The notes under the pieces were generated by a model. It saw only the letters and a list, made by a program, of their open reading frames with translations, was not told where the DNA came from and did not search any database. Of a stretch of 64,000 nucleotides of DNA, positions 38,388-51,881 are shown piece after piece. The position numbers and the translations under genes are program-made. The DNA is taken from NCBI RefSeq assembly GCF_006345805.1, contig NC_043022.1, positions 14,694,001 through 14,758,000 on the forward strand, given 5' to 3'. The first letter of the stretch is position 1. Every line of letters starts with the position of its first letter. The stretch is from Octopus sinensis. Lineage: Eukaryota.

Positions 38388-39589
38388 TATATTTCCAAAT
38401 TTGATTGACCTGCTCGTCTTTTTGACAACCTTGATGTTAAGGTCATTTCGAAACAGAGACCCACCTCAGTTTCCTACCAGCATGCACTAAACTTCCAAAT
38501 GGCTCCATAGATACACTCAGGATGGATGTCTTGTCTTCCTGTGTTTCTGATACTACGTATTTCCAAATTTAAATCATACCAATAAATTATTTATGTCTTT
38601 ATTGCCCACAGGGGGCTAAACATAGAGGGGACAAACAAGGACAGACAAAGGGATTAAGTCGATTACATCAACCCCAGTGTATAATTGGTACTTATTTAAT
38701 CGATCTCGAAAGAATGAAAGGCAAAGTCAACCTTGGCGAAATTTGAACTGAGAACGTAGTGACAGACGAAATACCTATTTCTTTACTACCCACAAGGGGC
38801 TAAACACAGAGGGGACAAACAAGGACAGAGAAACGGATTAAATGGATTATATCGACCCCAGTGTGTAACTGGAACTTATTTAATCGACCCCCTAAAAGAT
38901 GAAAGGCAAAGTCGACCTTGGCGGAATTTGAACTCAGGATGTAACGGCAGACGGAATACCTATTTCTTTACTACCCACAAGGGGTTGGTACTTAATTTAT
39001 CGACCCCAAAAAGATGAAAGGCAAAGTCGACCTCAGTGGAATTTGAACTCAGAACGTAACAGCAGACGAAATACCGCTAAGCATTTCACCCGGTGTGCTA
39101 ACATTTGTGCCAGCTCACCAATAATTATTCAAACAATCCTAGGATGGTAGAAGCTGTGTTGATATATTCTCAGATAATGTTATCGTCAGTTATTGTTATT
39201 TAACTGGCTCTCTTTGAAAGTGATCATAATAAGCAGCTTCCACTGAATGTATACATGTCTATATGTATGAAAACACGTGTGCGTATGTCTCTATACACAC
39301 ATATATCCATGTATATATGTGTAAGTGTGTGTGTGTATGACTGAGTGCATATGTTTCTAAGGGTGAAGCGTGGCATTATTTGGCTGGGGTCAGGTTATTT
39401 CAGAATGGAGGTGTTCAGGTGATAACTGTGTCTTCATGTAGCTACAGCTTTACCATTTACCTTTCAGATGCCATCATGGTTTGAACTGCTTCAATAGCAA
39501 ACTCAGTATTTGTTATTGAAACATTTGCCAACCAATAAAATATGGGAGGTTTTTTTTTGATGCACCACAAGTATATATTAACCCCATTA

Positions 39590-40040
39590 AGTCAGGTGTG
39601 GGACCACGTGCCATTGCAGTGCTTTGCTGCATTCACCATTTGTTGGTATATTCCCAGGTCCTCTTGGGTGACCCATCAAGCAGGATCTCAGTCAGTCCCC
39701 ATTTCTGTAAGACACCTCCTCATCTGCCATGACCATCTGACATGTGGTCAACCAACATGAGCTGCCAACCCAGCCAGATCCTGAATCAAGAGAACATGGT
39801 AAGTAGGGCCTCAGAAAATCGAGCAACATGGCCAACCAGTTGGAACTGGTGTTCCCAAACCAGACGAGTAAGGGGACGTATCCAAGTTTCTGAGTAGAGT
39901 CATTAGTTTGATATGACATCCAACCAATGGTGACCCTTAATCTTGAGAAGCATCCTGGAACCAAAAGGGTTCGGGTGGCTGCAAAGGGCCCTGGACAGTG
40001 TCTATTTCTCACAACTGAAGAGAAGGTTAGGGAGACCAGA
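39590..40040 (-). mobile_element. Degenerate RTE-like LINE 3' fragment
   Basis: Frameshifted LPNLLFSCEK*TLSR and GHVAR motifs. Confidence 0.6.
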
Positions 40041-40411
40041 GCATGTCTCTTGGTGGCTATGTGCATCTCTGATCATGAGCAGAAGTAGTGGGGTAGCATC
40101 ACAGCCATGTGTTGAGAGGAATTCTTTGGGGTTTGGATAATTCACCTTTGGAAACATGGGTGTTTTGTTCAACATCCTTATTCAGGGACCTTTTGAGCAG
40201 GATGGGCTACTCGACCTGAAGAAAATTCTAACTGGGCCCCACCTGCAAGGTCATGCACTGTTTATCTTGAGATCACCATGTCACACACATATGGTTGTGA
40301 TGCATGTGCCTGGTGTACCCTTATCAGACAGGTAGTCATGATGGATATACAGGGTTTTATATATTTGTACCCCAGCATCACTTTGATGGCATGCACTGCT
40401 CTCTCTCACTC

Positions 40412-40445
<34 letters not shown>

Positions 40446-40836
40446 GCTTCATTGACTTCACATTGAGCTGACGTCAGGAATCTAAATGAAATATTTCCTA
40501 TTAGACTTAGACTACATTATGAATTGATCCTATAATTATCATTTTATTCAAATTATGTAATATATTAACCGTATAAACCATTTATAAACGATATCCAATA
40601 ATTTTTTTTTGTATATATATATGTGTTTTTCTTCTTTTTCTAATGGACGGCAAGGAGTGAATGTAAATGTTGATATTTTCTTGGACCTGTCAAGACATGT
40701 TTCTGAATGAATAATTGATTCACACTTTGCTGCCACAAAAGACATTCCACTGCTGGAAACAACCACACAAGTACAAACAAGACGTTTTATAAGGATAACC
40801 ATAGCTGGAATAATATTATGTGTGCGTGTGTGTGTT

Positions 40837-40900
<64 letters not shown>

Positions 40901-40947
40901 CATACATACATATACATATTCATAAACATACGCACACATGCCTTCAC

Positions 40948-40978
<31 letters not shown>

Positions 40979-41125
40979 ATATATATATATATACACACAC
41001 ACATATATACACATAACATACATACACACATACCTTCACTATATATATATAATATATATATATATACATACATACATACATACATATTCACAAACATACA
41101 CACACATGCCTTCACTATATATATA

Positions 41126-41193
<68 letters not shown>

Positions 41194-41638
41194 CTCACTA
41201 TATATATATATATATACATATACATCTATACATACATACACAAACCTTCACTATATATATATAGTGAAGGCAGATGGAGCAGTGGTTAGAGCTTTGGGCT
41301 TATAATTGTGAGGTTGTGAGTTCGATTCCTCTACCAGGCGGTGTGTTGTGTTCTTGAGCAAGACCCTTTATTTCCTGTTGCTCCAGCTCACACAGTTGTG
41401 TAAATGAGCTGTGATATCACTGGTGCCAAGCTGGAGCAGCCTTTGCCTTTCCCTTGGACAACATTGGTGGCACAGGGGGACGAGACCGGTATGCATGGGC
41501 GACTGCTGGTCTTCCATAAAAAACAACCTTGCCTGGACTTGTATATTCTGGAGGGGAACTTTCTAGGTGCAATCCCACAGTCACTCATAACCGAAGAGGG
41601 TCTTCACCCTTTACCCCTTATCAATGTATATATAAAGA

Positions 41639-41870
41639 CTAGCAGTATCGCCCGGCGTTGCTTGGGTTTGTAAGGGAAATAACTATATAAGCATTTTTAG
41701 AGAGGAAAAAGTATAATAGCCATCTCAATATGGCTAACCACAAAGGGAGGGGGTGGGTGTTACTGTAGCTTTTTACATTCTGAGATTTAATAATACATTT
41801 TTAGAGAGTTACTTCCCTTATATATGCCAAAAATGCATTAAAAATGGGAAAAATTGATGGTAAATTTGTT
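41639..41870 (-). mobile_element. Helitron-like element 3' terminus
   Basis: Reverse complement CCCAAGCAACGCCGGG hairpin-like segment followed by CTAG|T. Confidence 0.5.
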
Positions 41871-42437
41871 TGACTAAAGGTGGTGCTCCAGCATGGCTGC
41901 AGTCAAATGACTGAAACAAGTAAAAGAGTAAAAGAATATATATGTGTATGTATGTGTGTGTGTGTCTATGCATGTGTATGTATGTGTGTGTATTTGTCCC
42001 CCCACCACATTTTGACATTGGTGTTTGTGTGTTTATGTCCCCCACCACCACCACCACCACCACCACCGTAACTCAGTCCTATGGCTTGAGTAAAAAAAAA
42101 AGAAAAGAAAGAAAAGGAAATTTTATGACTTTTAATAACGAGGAAACAGTAATTGGAAGTGTTGGAATTTTTATATCCTGAATAATCTCTGTAATGAGAC
42201 CAGATCTATTTGCCTTTTTCTTTTTTGTTGTTGTTTTTTTCCTTCTCCTTAATTTGTTTTTCCTTTGTGCCTTTATTTTGGGAAGAAGAATAAATAACAA
42301 CATTTGCAAGGCTCCCTGACAGCTCCAGGACCCAAAAAGGCACATTTTGGTTCTGGTGAAGACAACAAAGAGTTGCAAAGTTAAAATAATGCCAGATTGA
42401 TTTCAACTGGCAGCAGCCCAAGTTTCAAGGTTAACCT

Positions 42438-43050
42438 AGTAGTGGTAGTAGTAATAGTGGTGGTGGTGGTAGTAGTGATGGTAGTGAGTGGTAGTTGTAG
42501 TAGTAATAGTAGTAATAGTGGTGAGTGGTAGTTGTAGGAGTAATAGTAGTAATAGTGGTGAGTGGTAGTTGTAGTAGTAATAGTGGTGAGTGGTAGTTGT
42601 AGTAGTAATAGTAGTAATAGTGGTGAGTGGTAGTTGTAGGAGTAATAGTGGTGAGTGGTAGTTGTAGGAGTAATAGTGGTGAGTGGTAGTTGTAGTAGTA
42701 ATAGTAGTAATAGTGGTGAGTGGTAGTTGTAGGAGTAATAGTGGTGAGTGGTAGTTGTAGTAGTAATAGTGGTGAGTGGTAGTTGTAGTAGTAATAGTAG
42801 TAATAGTGGTGAGTGGTAGTTGTAGTAGTAATAGTGGTGAGTGGTAGTTGTAGGAGTAATAGTGGTGAGTGGTAGTTGTAGGAGTAATAGTGGTGAGTGG
42901 TAGTTGTAGTAGTAATAGTGGTGAGTGGTAGTTGTAGGAGTAATAGTGGTGAGTGGTAGTTGTAGGAGTAGTAGTGGTGGTGGTAGTAGTAATAGTGGTG
43001 GTGGTAGTAGAAGCAGCAGCAGCAGTAGTAGTAGTAGCAGTAGTAGTAGT
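42438..43050. repeat. Compound (TAG/TGG) repeat with 27/36-bp higher-order units
   Basis: GTAATAGTGGTGAGTGGTAGTTGTAG(G/T)A repeats. Confidence 0.9.
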
Positions 43051-44444
43051 AATTGGTGATATGAATCAAAGGATGGTGACTGGATAGGATTGACTGTGAA
43101 GCCATTTTGCAGAAATGTCAGAATTAAAAAAAAAAAATAAAATAAAATAAATAAAAATAAACATATATAAAAAAAAAAGACTTGTTGAAATCTGAGAATG
43201 TATTGTGTTAAGACAGTCAGAGATCAACAGGCGCGGGGGGGGGGGGGGGGATTTGGTTTGATGGCGCTTCAGAAGGGAAAAACGCTCTGCCAGGGTTTCA
43301 CAATCTAAACATTGTTATTTCTTTTTCTTTTGGCTGTGTGGTTAAAATGCTTGCTTCACAACTATGCAACCACGTGGTTTTTTCGTGTTCAGTTCCTCTG
43401 CACAGCACCACCTGGGGGTAAAATGTCTCCTATTATAGCCCTGGGCTGACCAATACCCTTTGAGTGAATTTGGTAGATGGAAACTGTGGAAGCCTGTCGT
43501 GTGTGTGTGTGTGTCTGTGCCAACCACCACCACTGCATCACCATTCGATAAGTGGTGTTGGTTTCTTTATGTCCCTCTAACTTAGCAATCTGGCAAAAGG
43601 GAACAACAGAATAAACATGGAATTTTGATGGAAGAAGGTTTTAATTTAGACCACTTTAACAGCTTTGTTATCATATTTCTCTTGAAATAGATTTGTTTCA
43701 ATTAATTTTGAAAAATAACGAAGAATTTAGTAAACTAATTTTGTCATTACTAAGCCGGTGTCAAAGGCAGCGAGCTGGCAGAATCGTTAGCATGCCGAGT
43801 AAAATGCTTAGCGGTATTTTGTCTGCCGCTACGTTGTAAGTCCAAATTCCGCCGAGGTCGACTTTGCCTTTCATCCTTTCGGGGTTGATAAATTAAGTAC
43901 CAGTTATGCACTGGGGTCGATGTAATTGACTTAATACCTATGTCTGTCCTTGTTTGTCCCCTCTGTGTTTAGCCCCTTGTGGGTAGTAAAGAAATAGGTA
44001 TTTCGTCTTCTGCTATGTTTGGAGCTAAAATTCTGCCGAGGTCGACTTTGCCTTTCATCCTTTCAAGGGGTCAGTGAAATAAGTACCAGTTACACACTGG
44101 GGTCGATGTAATCGACAAGCCCCCTTCCCCCCAAATTTTCATGGCCTTGTACCTAGAGTAGAAATAATTATTAAGTTGGTGTCTGGAACATAAATATGAA
44201 ATTTTGATGGAAGAAGGCTTAAATTTCGATCACTTTAAAACAGGAAGTTTGTACCAGAGAACCAACGGCCTTCTCATGTGAAATGGTAATAGAATGGTTA
44301 AGTAGTAACTAAATAGCAAACAGATACGAAAACAAATGATTCTATTTATGAAGACTTGTATATAAAAACCTTTAGAGGAAAATAAATGAGTGGAATATTA
44401 GCAGAATATAAACAAACAATAAATGGGGAAAAAATAATAAAAGA

Positions 44445-44839
<395 letters not shown>

Positions 44840-45390
44840 TCCAGATCAAAAGAAAATTTCAAATTCTAAAAGGTAAGAAAATATTAAAACATAAAATGTT
44901 TCCTGTACAAAATTTCAGATAATTTAGAAAATATTGTATTCCATGATTGTATGAGACATTGTTGGGGAAAATGTTGAGGGGAGGGGGATAGAATTATTTT
45001 AATGATGAACAAAACAGTATATACTGATGACAACTGAGAACAGTTTGTCCCCACACCAAACTACAAAGGATTTTATTCCATCACAATACATATTGTTGCC
45101 ATTATGCAAAAGTGTCGTAAGTCCAAAACATTGCTTTTTTTTCTTTTTTTTCAGAAAACGAAAAATTAGTTTCACCATTCCATAGCAAAACCGTTGTACA
45201 ACACTTTGACAAATTTTGAAGCAGCTGGAGATACGATAGTTTGACCAAAAGAACTGGCCATTGAAAGCAAAATTAAATATTGGGGGGTGAGGAACACATT
45301 TGGCCAAATTTGGACAAACAACAATTTAACATAATACCAATGATATATATGTGAGTGTGTGTGTATATATATATATGTGTGTGTGTGTGT

Positions 45391-45423
<33 letters not shown>

Positions 45424-46198
45424 TGTGTGTGTGTATATATGGGAAAATCAGCTGAAATGGAGATATAATGCTGTATTGTATAATTTTAACATAGTCACTC
45501 TCATACTTAGATGACTATATATATATAACTATATATATATGTATATATATATATATATATATATTGTTATATATATATATATATATAAACATTTTTTTTG
45601 TATTTCAGGATGGTCATTTTTTTTTCCTTGCCAAATAAGTTCTTCACTCATTCATTATTGTTATTTTATCTTATGTTCATTATCTGTAAATCTTTCGTCA
45701 CACACCTGTAACCTCTTCAGTGACTCTTCCATCCACGTGCTTCCTCCTGTCCTGTTTAGTCCATTCTATTTCTCTATGATGTGTATTCTGATCTGCACAT
45801 GTGTGTGTGTGTGTCTATATGTGTGTACACATGTCTATCTGTGCGTGTACATATGGGTTTGTTTACTATATCATTTGTATCCCTGCCCCCTCTATATAGC
45901 TTTTGTCTTTTGGACACAAGATAAAATAAGAACAATGATAAATGAGTGAAGAATGAATATATAGGGTTTGGGTTTTTATTTGGCCCCTAAAACAAAAGTG
46001 ACCATTCCGAAATATAACAAATTCTGTTTCAACAAATGATCTTACATCAGGAATTTTGCAAAAAAAATTCATAAACATATATATAATATATATATATATA
46101 ATATATGTGTATATATATATATATATACCGGAGTAAACACATAAATGTGAAACAAGGTGGAAAAAAGAGTACTCAAATACCAGTGGTAGAGTAATATG

Positions 46199-46355
46199 CT
46201 TTATTTAAAGCAGCAGAAAATTCAACAAAACCTGTTACTCTGAGTTTCCGTTGCCGTTCGTCGGACAGTTTTGGCTAGAACAAAACTGTCCGACGAACGG
46301 CAACGGGAAACTCAGAGTAACAGGTTTTGTTGAATTTTCTGCTGCTTTAAATAAA

Positions 46356-46356
<1 letters not shown>
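46199..46356. repeat. ~75-bp near-perfect inverted repeat (7-nt loop); each arm carries a hammerhead-like motif (Penelope-like terminus)
   Basis: Arms 46199-46273 and 46281-46356; CTGT-CCGACGA-A-CGGCAACG-(G)GAAA-CTCAGAG-TA-ACAG. Confidence 0.7.
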
Positions 46357-46402
<46 letters not shown>

Positions 46403-46584
46403 TATAATATATGTATATGTTTACATATGGCATGTGAAGTTAATACAATGAAAATAGTTGAGAACGTTGTGATGTCAGTGTTAGTATGAAAGGTATAAAG
46501 CTACAAGGACAACAGTGCTGAAAACTCAGAGTGCAGAAAACGGTGATTTAGGCGAAAAGAAAAGTGGCAGAATATATATTTGAA

Positions 46585-46882
46585 CATTACCACATGTGGT
46601 AAAGTTTTTTAGAGAACTCCTGCTACACCTGTGGTAATACTTTCCATATATCTGCTACGACATGTGGTAATGTTCTTCAAGGATCTATCACCACACATGT
46701 GATGAAGTTCTTCAAGGATCTATTACTACACATATGGTAAAATGTTTCAAGGATCTATCACCACTCATGTGGTAAAGTTTTGTAGGGAACTCCTTCTACA
46801 CCTGTGGTAATACTTTCCAGACATCTGCTATGACATGCAGTAAAGTTCTTCAAGGATCCATCATCACATGTGGTAAAGTTTT
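46585..46882. repeat. ~36-bp degenerate minisatellite
   Basis: Unit TGTGGTAAAGTTCTTCAAGGATCTATCACCACACA. Confidence 0.8.
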
Positions 46883-47259
46883 TTTTTTATTACTGTTAGT
46901 TTTTACCATTTTCTTTATCATTTCTACATTAAAGAGAGGGTGCATGGCTTAGTGGTTCAGGTATTTGGTTTATGATTGTATGGCATTGAGTTTGATTCCT
47001 GGAATCACACTGTGTCCTTGAGCAAGACACTTTATTTCATGTTATTCCAGTCCATTCAGTTGGCAAAAGTGAGTTGTATCTATATTTCAAAGGGCCCAGC
47101 CTTGTCACACTGAATCTCCCTGACAACTACGTTAAGGGTACACATGTCTGTGGAATGCTCAGCCACTTGCACATTAATTTCACAAGCAGTCTGTTCCATT
47201 GATCAGATCATCTGGATCTCTTCGTTGTTGTAATCGACAGAAAGCCAGGCCTACATTAA

Positions 47260-47478
47260 CCCTTTCGTATTTAAACCGGCCATATCCGGCCAAAATAGTT
47301 AATCTGTTTTATATTCAAACTGACCAGATCCAGGCCCTCACACCTACCCTACAATGTTATTCTACATTAAGTAATTGCACCATCAAGATCTTGAAGATAT
47401 GAGATAATGCATGATTAATTCAAATCAATGTGAATCAATAGGCATTATGTTTGATTGTATAATCTGAACACTAAAGGG
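47260..47478. mobile_element. piggyBac-like MITE family (other copies ~195-265, 10130-10290, 23090-23460, 50497-50905, 61213-61410)
   Basis: TTAA-CCCTT...AAGGG-TTAA; dispersed similar copies. Confidence 0.75.
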
Positions 47479-48935
47479 TTAAAGCAATATTTTGGTTGCT
47501 ATTTTCTCTTTTAAAGCTCATAACAACAACAATGTTCCCTGTTAAAGATGACCTCACATAACAGGAAATGGGTTTAACATCTAAAAGAAACTGACTTCAG
47601 TTAGCAGAGAGAGAGAGAGAGAGAGAGAGAGATGAGCAACAGAATTGTAAATTTGAATCCTGCATTGTAAACAAATTTAGTTATTTCCTTCTTCATGGAT
47701 CTACTTGAAGTAATCTAGTGGTAATTTAAACCATTAGACCTCAACTCTAGAAGATGAGGAGGACTCTCCTATTAAAGTAGAGGTGTGATGTGTTTTAAAT
47801 TACAAATATTTTATATAAACACAATTACTGTGTTAAATTGATAACGTAAGTTGTCTGGGTGTTTTTTGCCAACAAACTCAAGTATGGCCATACACTTTCA
47901 CAAATTTAGAAAGAAATATGAACCTCACCTAATTAATAATAATATGAAGATATTGTAAATTACACTTTTATCAACTTTTCTAATTTATAGTTAATTACCA
48001 TCTTCATGCCGATGTCACGTAAAACCACCCATTCTGGTGTTGCATAAAAATGCACCTATTCTAGTGCCATGTAAACAGAACCCATGACGGTGCCATGTAA
48101 ATAGCACCTGTGCTTGGTGTCACATTATCAGCACTTGTGATGGGGCCCACATGAACAACACCTGTGTTGGTGCCATGTAAACAGCACCCATGCTTATGTC
48201 ACGTAAAAAGCACTGCTACTGGTGTGGTCTCCTGGCTTGCCAGTCCCCAGTCAAACTGTCCAACACATGTCAGCAAGGAAAACGGATGTTAAATGATGAT
48301 GATGATGATGATGATGAGATGATGATAAGCTGCCGGACGAGATAGTGAAGATGCTGATGACTGCTCAGTTCAAAGTCTCTCTTGACCAGAAATGGCCTGA
48401 ACTCTTTGCATGAACACCCTCCCTGTACATAACTCCATGTCCCCCTACATGGCCTTGCTTTTTGCTTTTTGAGCCAAAAGATTAACTTAACTTATGACAC
48501 TGCTTCTGTTTTAATTAATTTTGAGAATAATGACGAATTTAGTAAAACGACTTTGTCGTTATTGAGCTGGTAATTAGAATCTAAATTAACATGGAATTTT
48601 TTGTATGGTTTTATTTTAGGTGACTTTAAAACATAAAGATTGTCTCAGAGAACCAAGGCCAGGGCAGATTGGTATTGAAAGGGTTAAAACAAATGAAAAA
48701 GAGAAATCAGTTCAGACTGTAAAACAATTGATTGAATCAGGGGAAGAATAAAAATAAGAAAATACAAATGAAAACACAAGAACTAAAAAAAAACAAAAAA
48801 CAACAATAATGATACGGAAATATGAAAAAATGGTTAGAATGCACCCAAAACTAAAGCAGATGTGCAGGGAAGCTCAACGAGACAACATGTAGATTTGAAC
48901 TCTTAGGCGTGTGAATTGCTTTTCCCACATCTTAC

Positions 48936-49007
48936 CAATTCCACATTCTTGAGACTCTGGCGATGGCTATGTTCAAGGTCTTCACATTTTTGCTTGTATT
49001 GTTTCAC
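48936..49007 (-). CDS. CROCC: Rootletin alternative exon b (VKQYKQKCEDLEHSHRQSLKNVEL)
   Basis: ttcccaatacag acceptor, TTG|GTAAGA donor, 72 nt, phase 0/0; paralogous to exon a. Confidence 0.85.
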
Positions 49008-49070
49008 CTGTATTGGGAATACAAATGATTGAATTGATTAACAGAAATAACAGCCATTGCCATTGTTTAC

Positions 49071-49151
49071 CTTAAACGAAGGACTGGATTTGATTTCGCT
49101 GCCTCGGAGTGTGTCTTCTAGATCCTGACACTTCTTCTTGTACTGCAGTAA
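49071..49151 (-). CDS. CROCC: Rootletin alternative exon a (LLQYKKKCQDLEDTLRGSEIKSSPSFK)
   Basis: ttttcgtctag acceptor, AAG|GTAAAC donor, 81 nt, phase 0/0; fits the rootletin ILQYKKRCSELE segment (recalled). Confidence 0.85.
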
Positions 49152-50914
49152 CTAGACGAAAATTGGCAGAAAGAATTATTTGTAGAATCTCATGTGAACC
49201 AGATTTAGTTTTGGTTGAAATGGATAAACAGGAATGGATGAGGGAACTACTAGCGTATGATAAAAAAAACCCAAATTTCCTTTGTGAGACTTGAGCCTCT
49301 CTGAGACTGTGATAGAAGATACTTATGCAAAGTGCAGCGCAGTGGGGCTGAACCTGTAACCACATGGTGAAATGATTGTGAAGCAAATGTTTTAACCACA
49401 TGACCATGTAATGTAGAAAAGTCATCATTATCATCATAGCTTTGAGATCTGCTTTTCCATGCTTGCATGGGTTGGATGGAATTCATTGAGGCACATTTTC
49501 TATGGCTGGGTGGGTGCCCTTCCTGCTACAAACCCTCAACTGTTTCACAGCAAGGTAATATTTTCTTATAGTCAGACAGGTTTTTCAGGGAAGATTGGAA
49601 ATAAAGGACCTCAATTGTATGATGATGATGATGATGATGATGTTCATTCTGAACTGTTGCATGTCAAGATAACAAGACACACACAGACACACACATATAT
49701 ATACGATGGGCTTCTTTCAGTTTCCGTCTACCAAATCCACTCACAAGGCTTCAGTCGGCCTGAAGCGATAGTAGAAGACACTTGCTCAAGGGGCCACGCA
49801 GTGGCACTGAACTTTGTGAGTTTGTGAGTTTGGATTATGGCAGGGAAATGAAAGAACTTACTTCAGAGGATGATGTCAGTCATCCATTTGGATGGAATGA
49901 ATTAAAAATAAATTCATTTACCTATCCTTCTAAATTAAATCTTTAATATTCTAAACAGATAAAATTCATTTCCAGTCCTTTTAATATTCTTCTTGTTACT
50001 TTTCTTTTTCTTAACCCTTACCGTTTGGGAACCAAATAATTCCCAGTTCTGTGCATGCGAGACACAAGAACCAAGTTAACTCATCTTTGACACTGGGATA
50101 GTTCCCAGATTTGTCCACATTTCATGACGTTGAACACACATTTTATTTTTACTGGTCAATAGGTTACGAGAACTGATTTGCATATGGTTAGTATGTTACA
50201 ACACAAGCAAAGTTTTAATCAGCACAGAGATGGTTAATTTCCACAAAAGTAAACTACCATATTTGATAACAAAAAAAAAAAAAAAAAACCCCTTAAAAAA
50301 ATCATCCTGGATTCTACATGCAAAGTTAGGCCCCTCACAAGCTTTGATGTACTAAAAGCGTTTTCCGGAATATACACTGCTAAAATGGTGGTGGTAGTGA
50401 GGGTCTAATATACCCATGTCATCTTTTATACCATCAAAGATGGTCCATGAAACAGAATGGGAAGGAAATATTGAGAATCCCTGTCAATTCCCTTCTTAAT
50501 CCTTCAGCGTTTAAACAGGTCATATTCAGCCCAAATATTCTCCTTGTTCTATGTTCCAACTGGCCAGATCCAGCATCTCACACCTACCCTACAATGTCAT
50601 TCTAAAAATAAACCAGCATATCACTGAATTCTCAAAGTTACAAAATAATGCATGATTAATTCAAAACAGTGAGAATAAATAAGCATTACATTTGACAGAG
50701 AAATCTGAATGCTAAAGAGTTAACCTTTAGCATTTAAACTGGCCATATCCGGCCCAAATATTCTACCTGATTTGTGCTTAGACCAGCCAGGCCTGGCCTC
50801 TCACACCTACCCTACAATACCTTTCTAAGAATAAATAATCACATCATCAAATTCTCAAAGTTATGAGATAATGCAGGATTAATTCAAGAGAATGTGGATA
50901 AATAATCTTTACAT

Positions 50915-51128
50915 TGTTCGACCTTGTTCGATGGGCTGACTTCACATTCTTTATTATTGAAAATGTTTGCTCACAGACATAAGTTGTTCCAAACACTGAT
51001 GCCATGCCAGAGGTAAAAATGAATTCTCGTTGCAGGTACTTACACAAAAGGTGCAGTGTGGCGGTGAGCTGGACGAACTGACCTCGCAGGCTGGATCCGG
51101 CCCACAGGCCGTAGTTGGGTGACCCCTG
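50915..51128 (-). mobile_element. Internally deleted hAT (SPIN/Charlie-like) element
   Basis: SVFGTTYVCEQTFSIIKNVKSAHRTR resembles the hAT C-terminal dimerisation motif; CAGGGGTCACCCAACTACGGCC terminus. Confidence 0.7.
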
Positions 51129-51698
51129 ACCTATACCATCACCACCACCTCATACAATCCTCAACATTATTAGCTTTATTACCACCAATACCGACTACAC
51201 TCATCAACATTACTAACCTCATCACCACTACCACCAGCACCACCTCCTACTGTCACTAACATTATATCACTCTCGCCAACATTGCCCACTACAATCATCA
51301 ACATTATTAGCTTCACCACTACATCACCACCACCATTACTATTGCCACTGCCACCACCACCACCACCACCATTACTATTGCCACTGCCACCACCACCACC
51401 ATTATTATTGCCGCTGCCACCACCACTGATATCTACAATGATTACCATTAGCCCTACCACTAACACCAACCATCAACACAAATAGTCTAACCACCACATC
51501 ATACCACCAACACTTACAATCAGCCTTACCAGCACCACCACCATTGATAGCCTTATCACTATCACCACCATGATTACACCTTCAACCATCAACACAGCCT
51601 TATCACCACCACTACCACCACCACCACACCAACATCCAATATATATATAAAAAAAGTACACCCCCCCCCCACAAAAAAAAGTGGCTAATTTCCTTTAC

Positions 51699-51881
51699 CT
51701 TTGCCTGTAACTTCTGAACAAGTTGCGCCTGCCTTTGCTGGCCCTCCTGGTAAGCTTGAAGCTTGCGCTTATAGTTGGCATGTTCATCTTCCAGCTTCTG
51801 CCGCATCTCTATGTTCTGCTGCATGAGTCGACGGGCTGGTTCGACAGCCTCGGACGCTTCTCCTTTCATCAATTGCTCCAG
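51699..51881 (-). CDS. CROCC: Rootletin exon (LEQLMKGE...YKRKLQAYQEGQQRQAQLVQKLQAK)
   Basis: tttag acceptor, AAG|GTAAAG donor, 183 nt, phase 0/0; contains the hallmark rootletin N-terminal motif Y.RKLQAYQEGQQRQAQLVQ.LQ.K. Confidence 0.95.

Noticed and set aside
51179-51661. Gly/Pro-rich ORFs
   Set aside because: Degenerate (CCA/CAT)n low-complexity tract.
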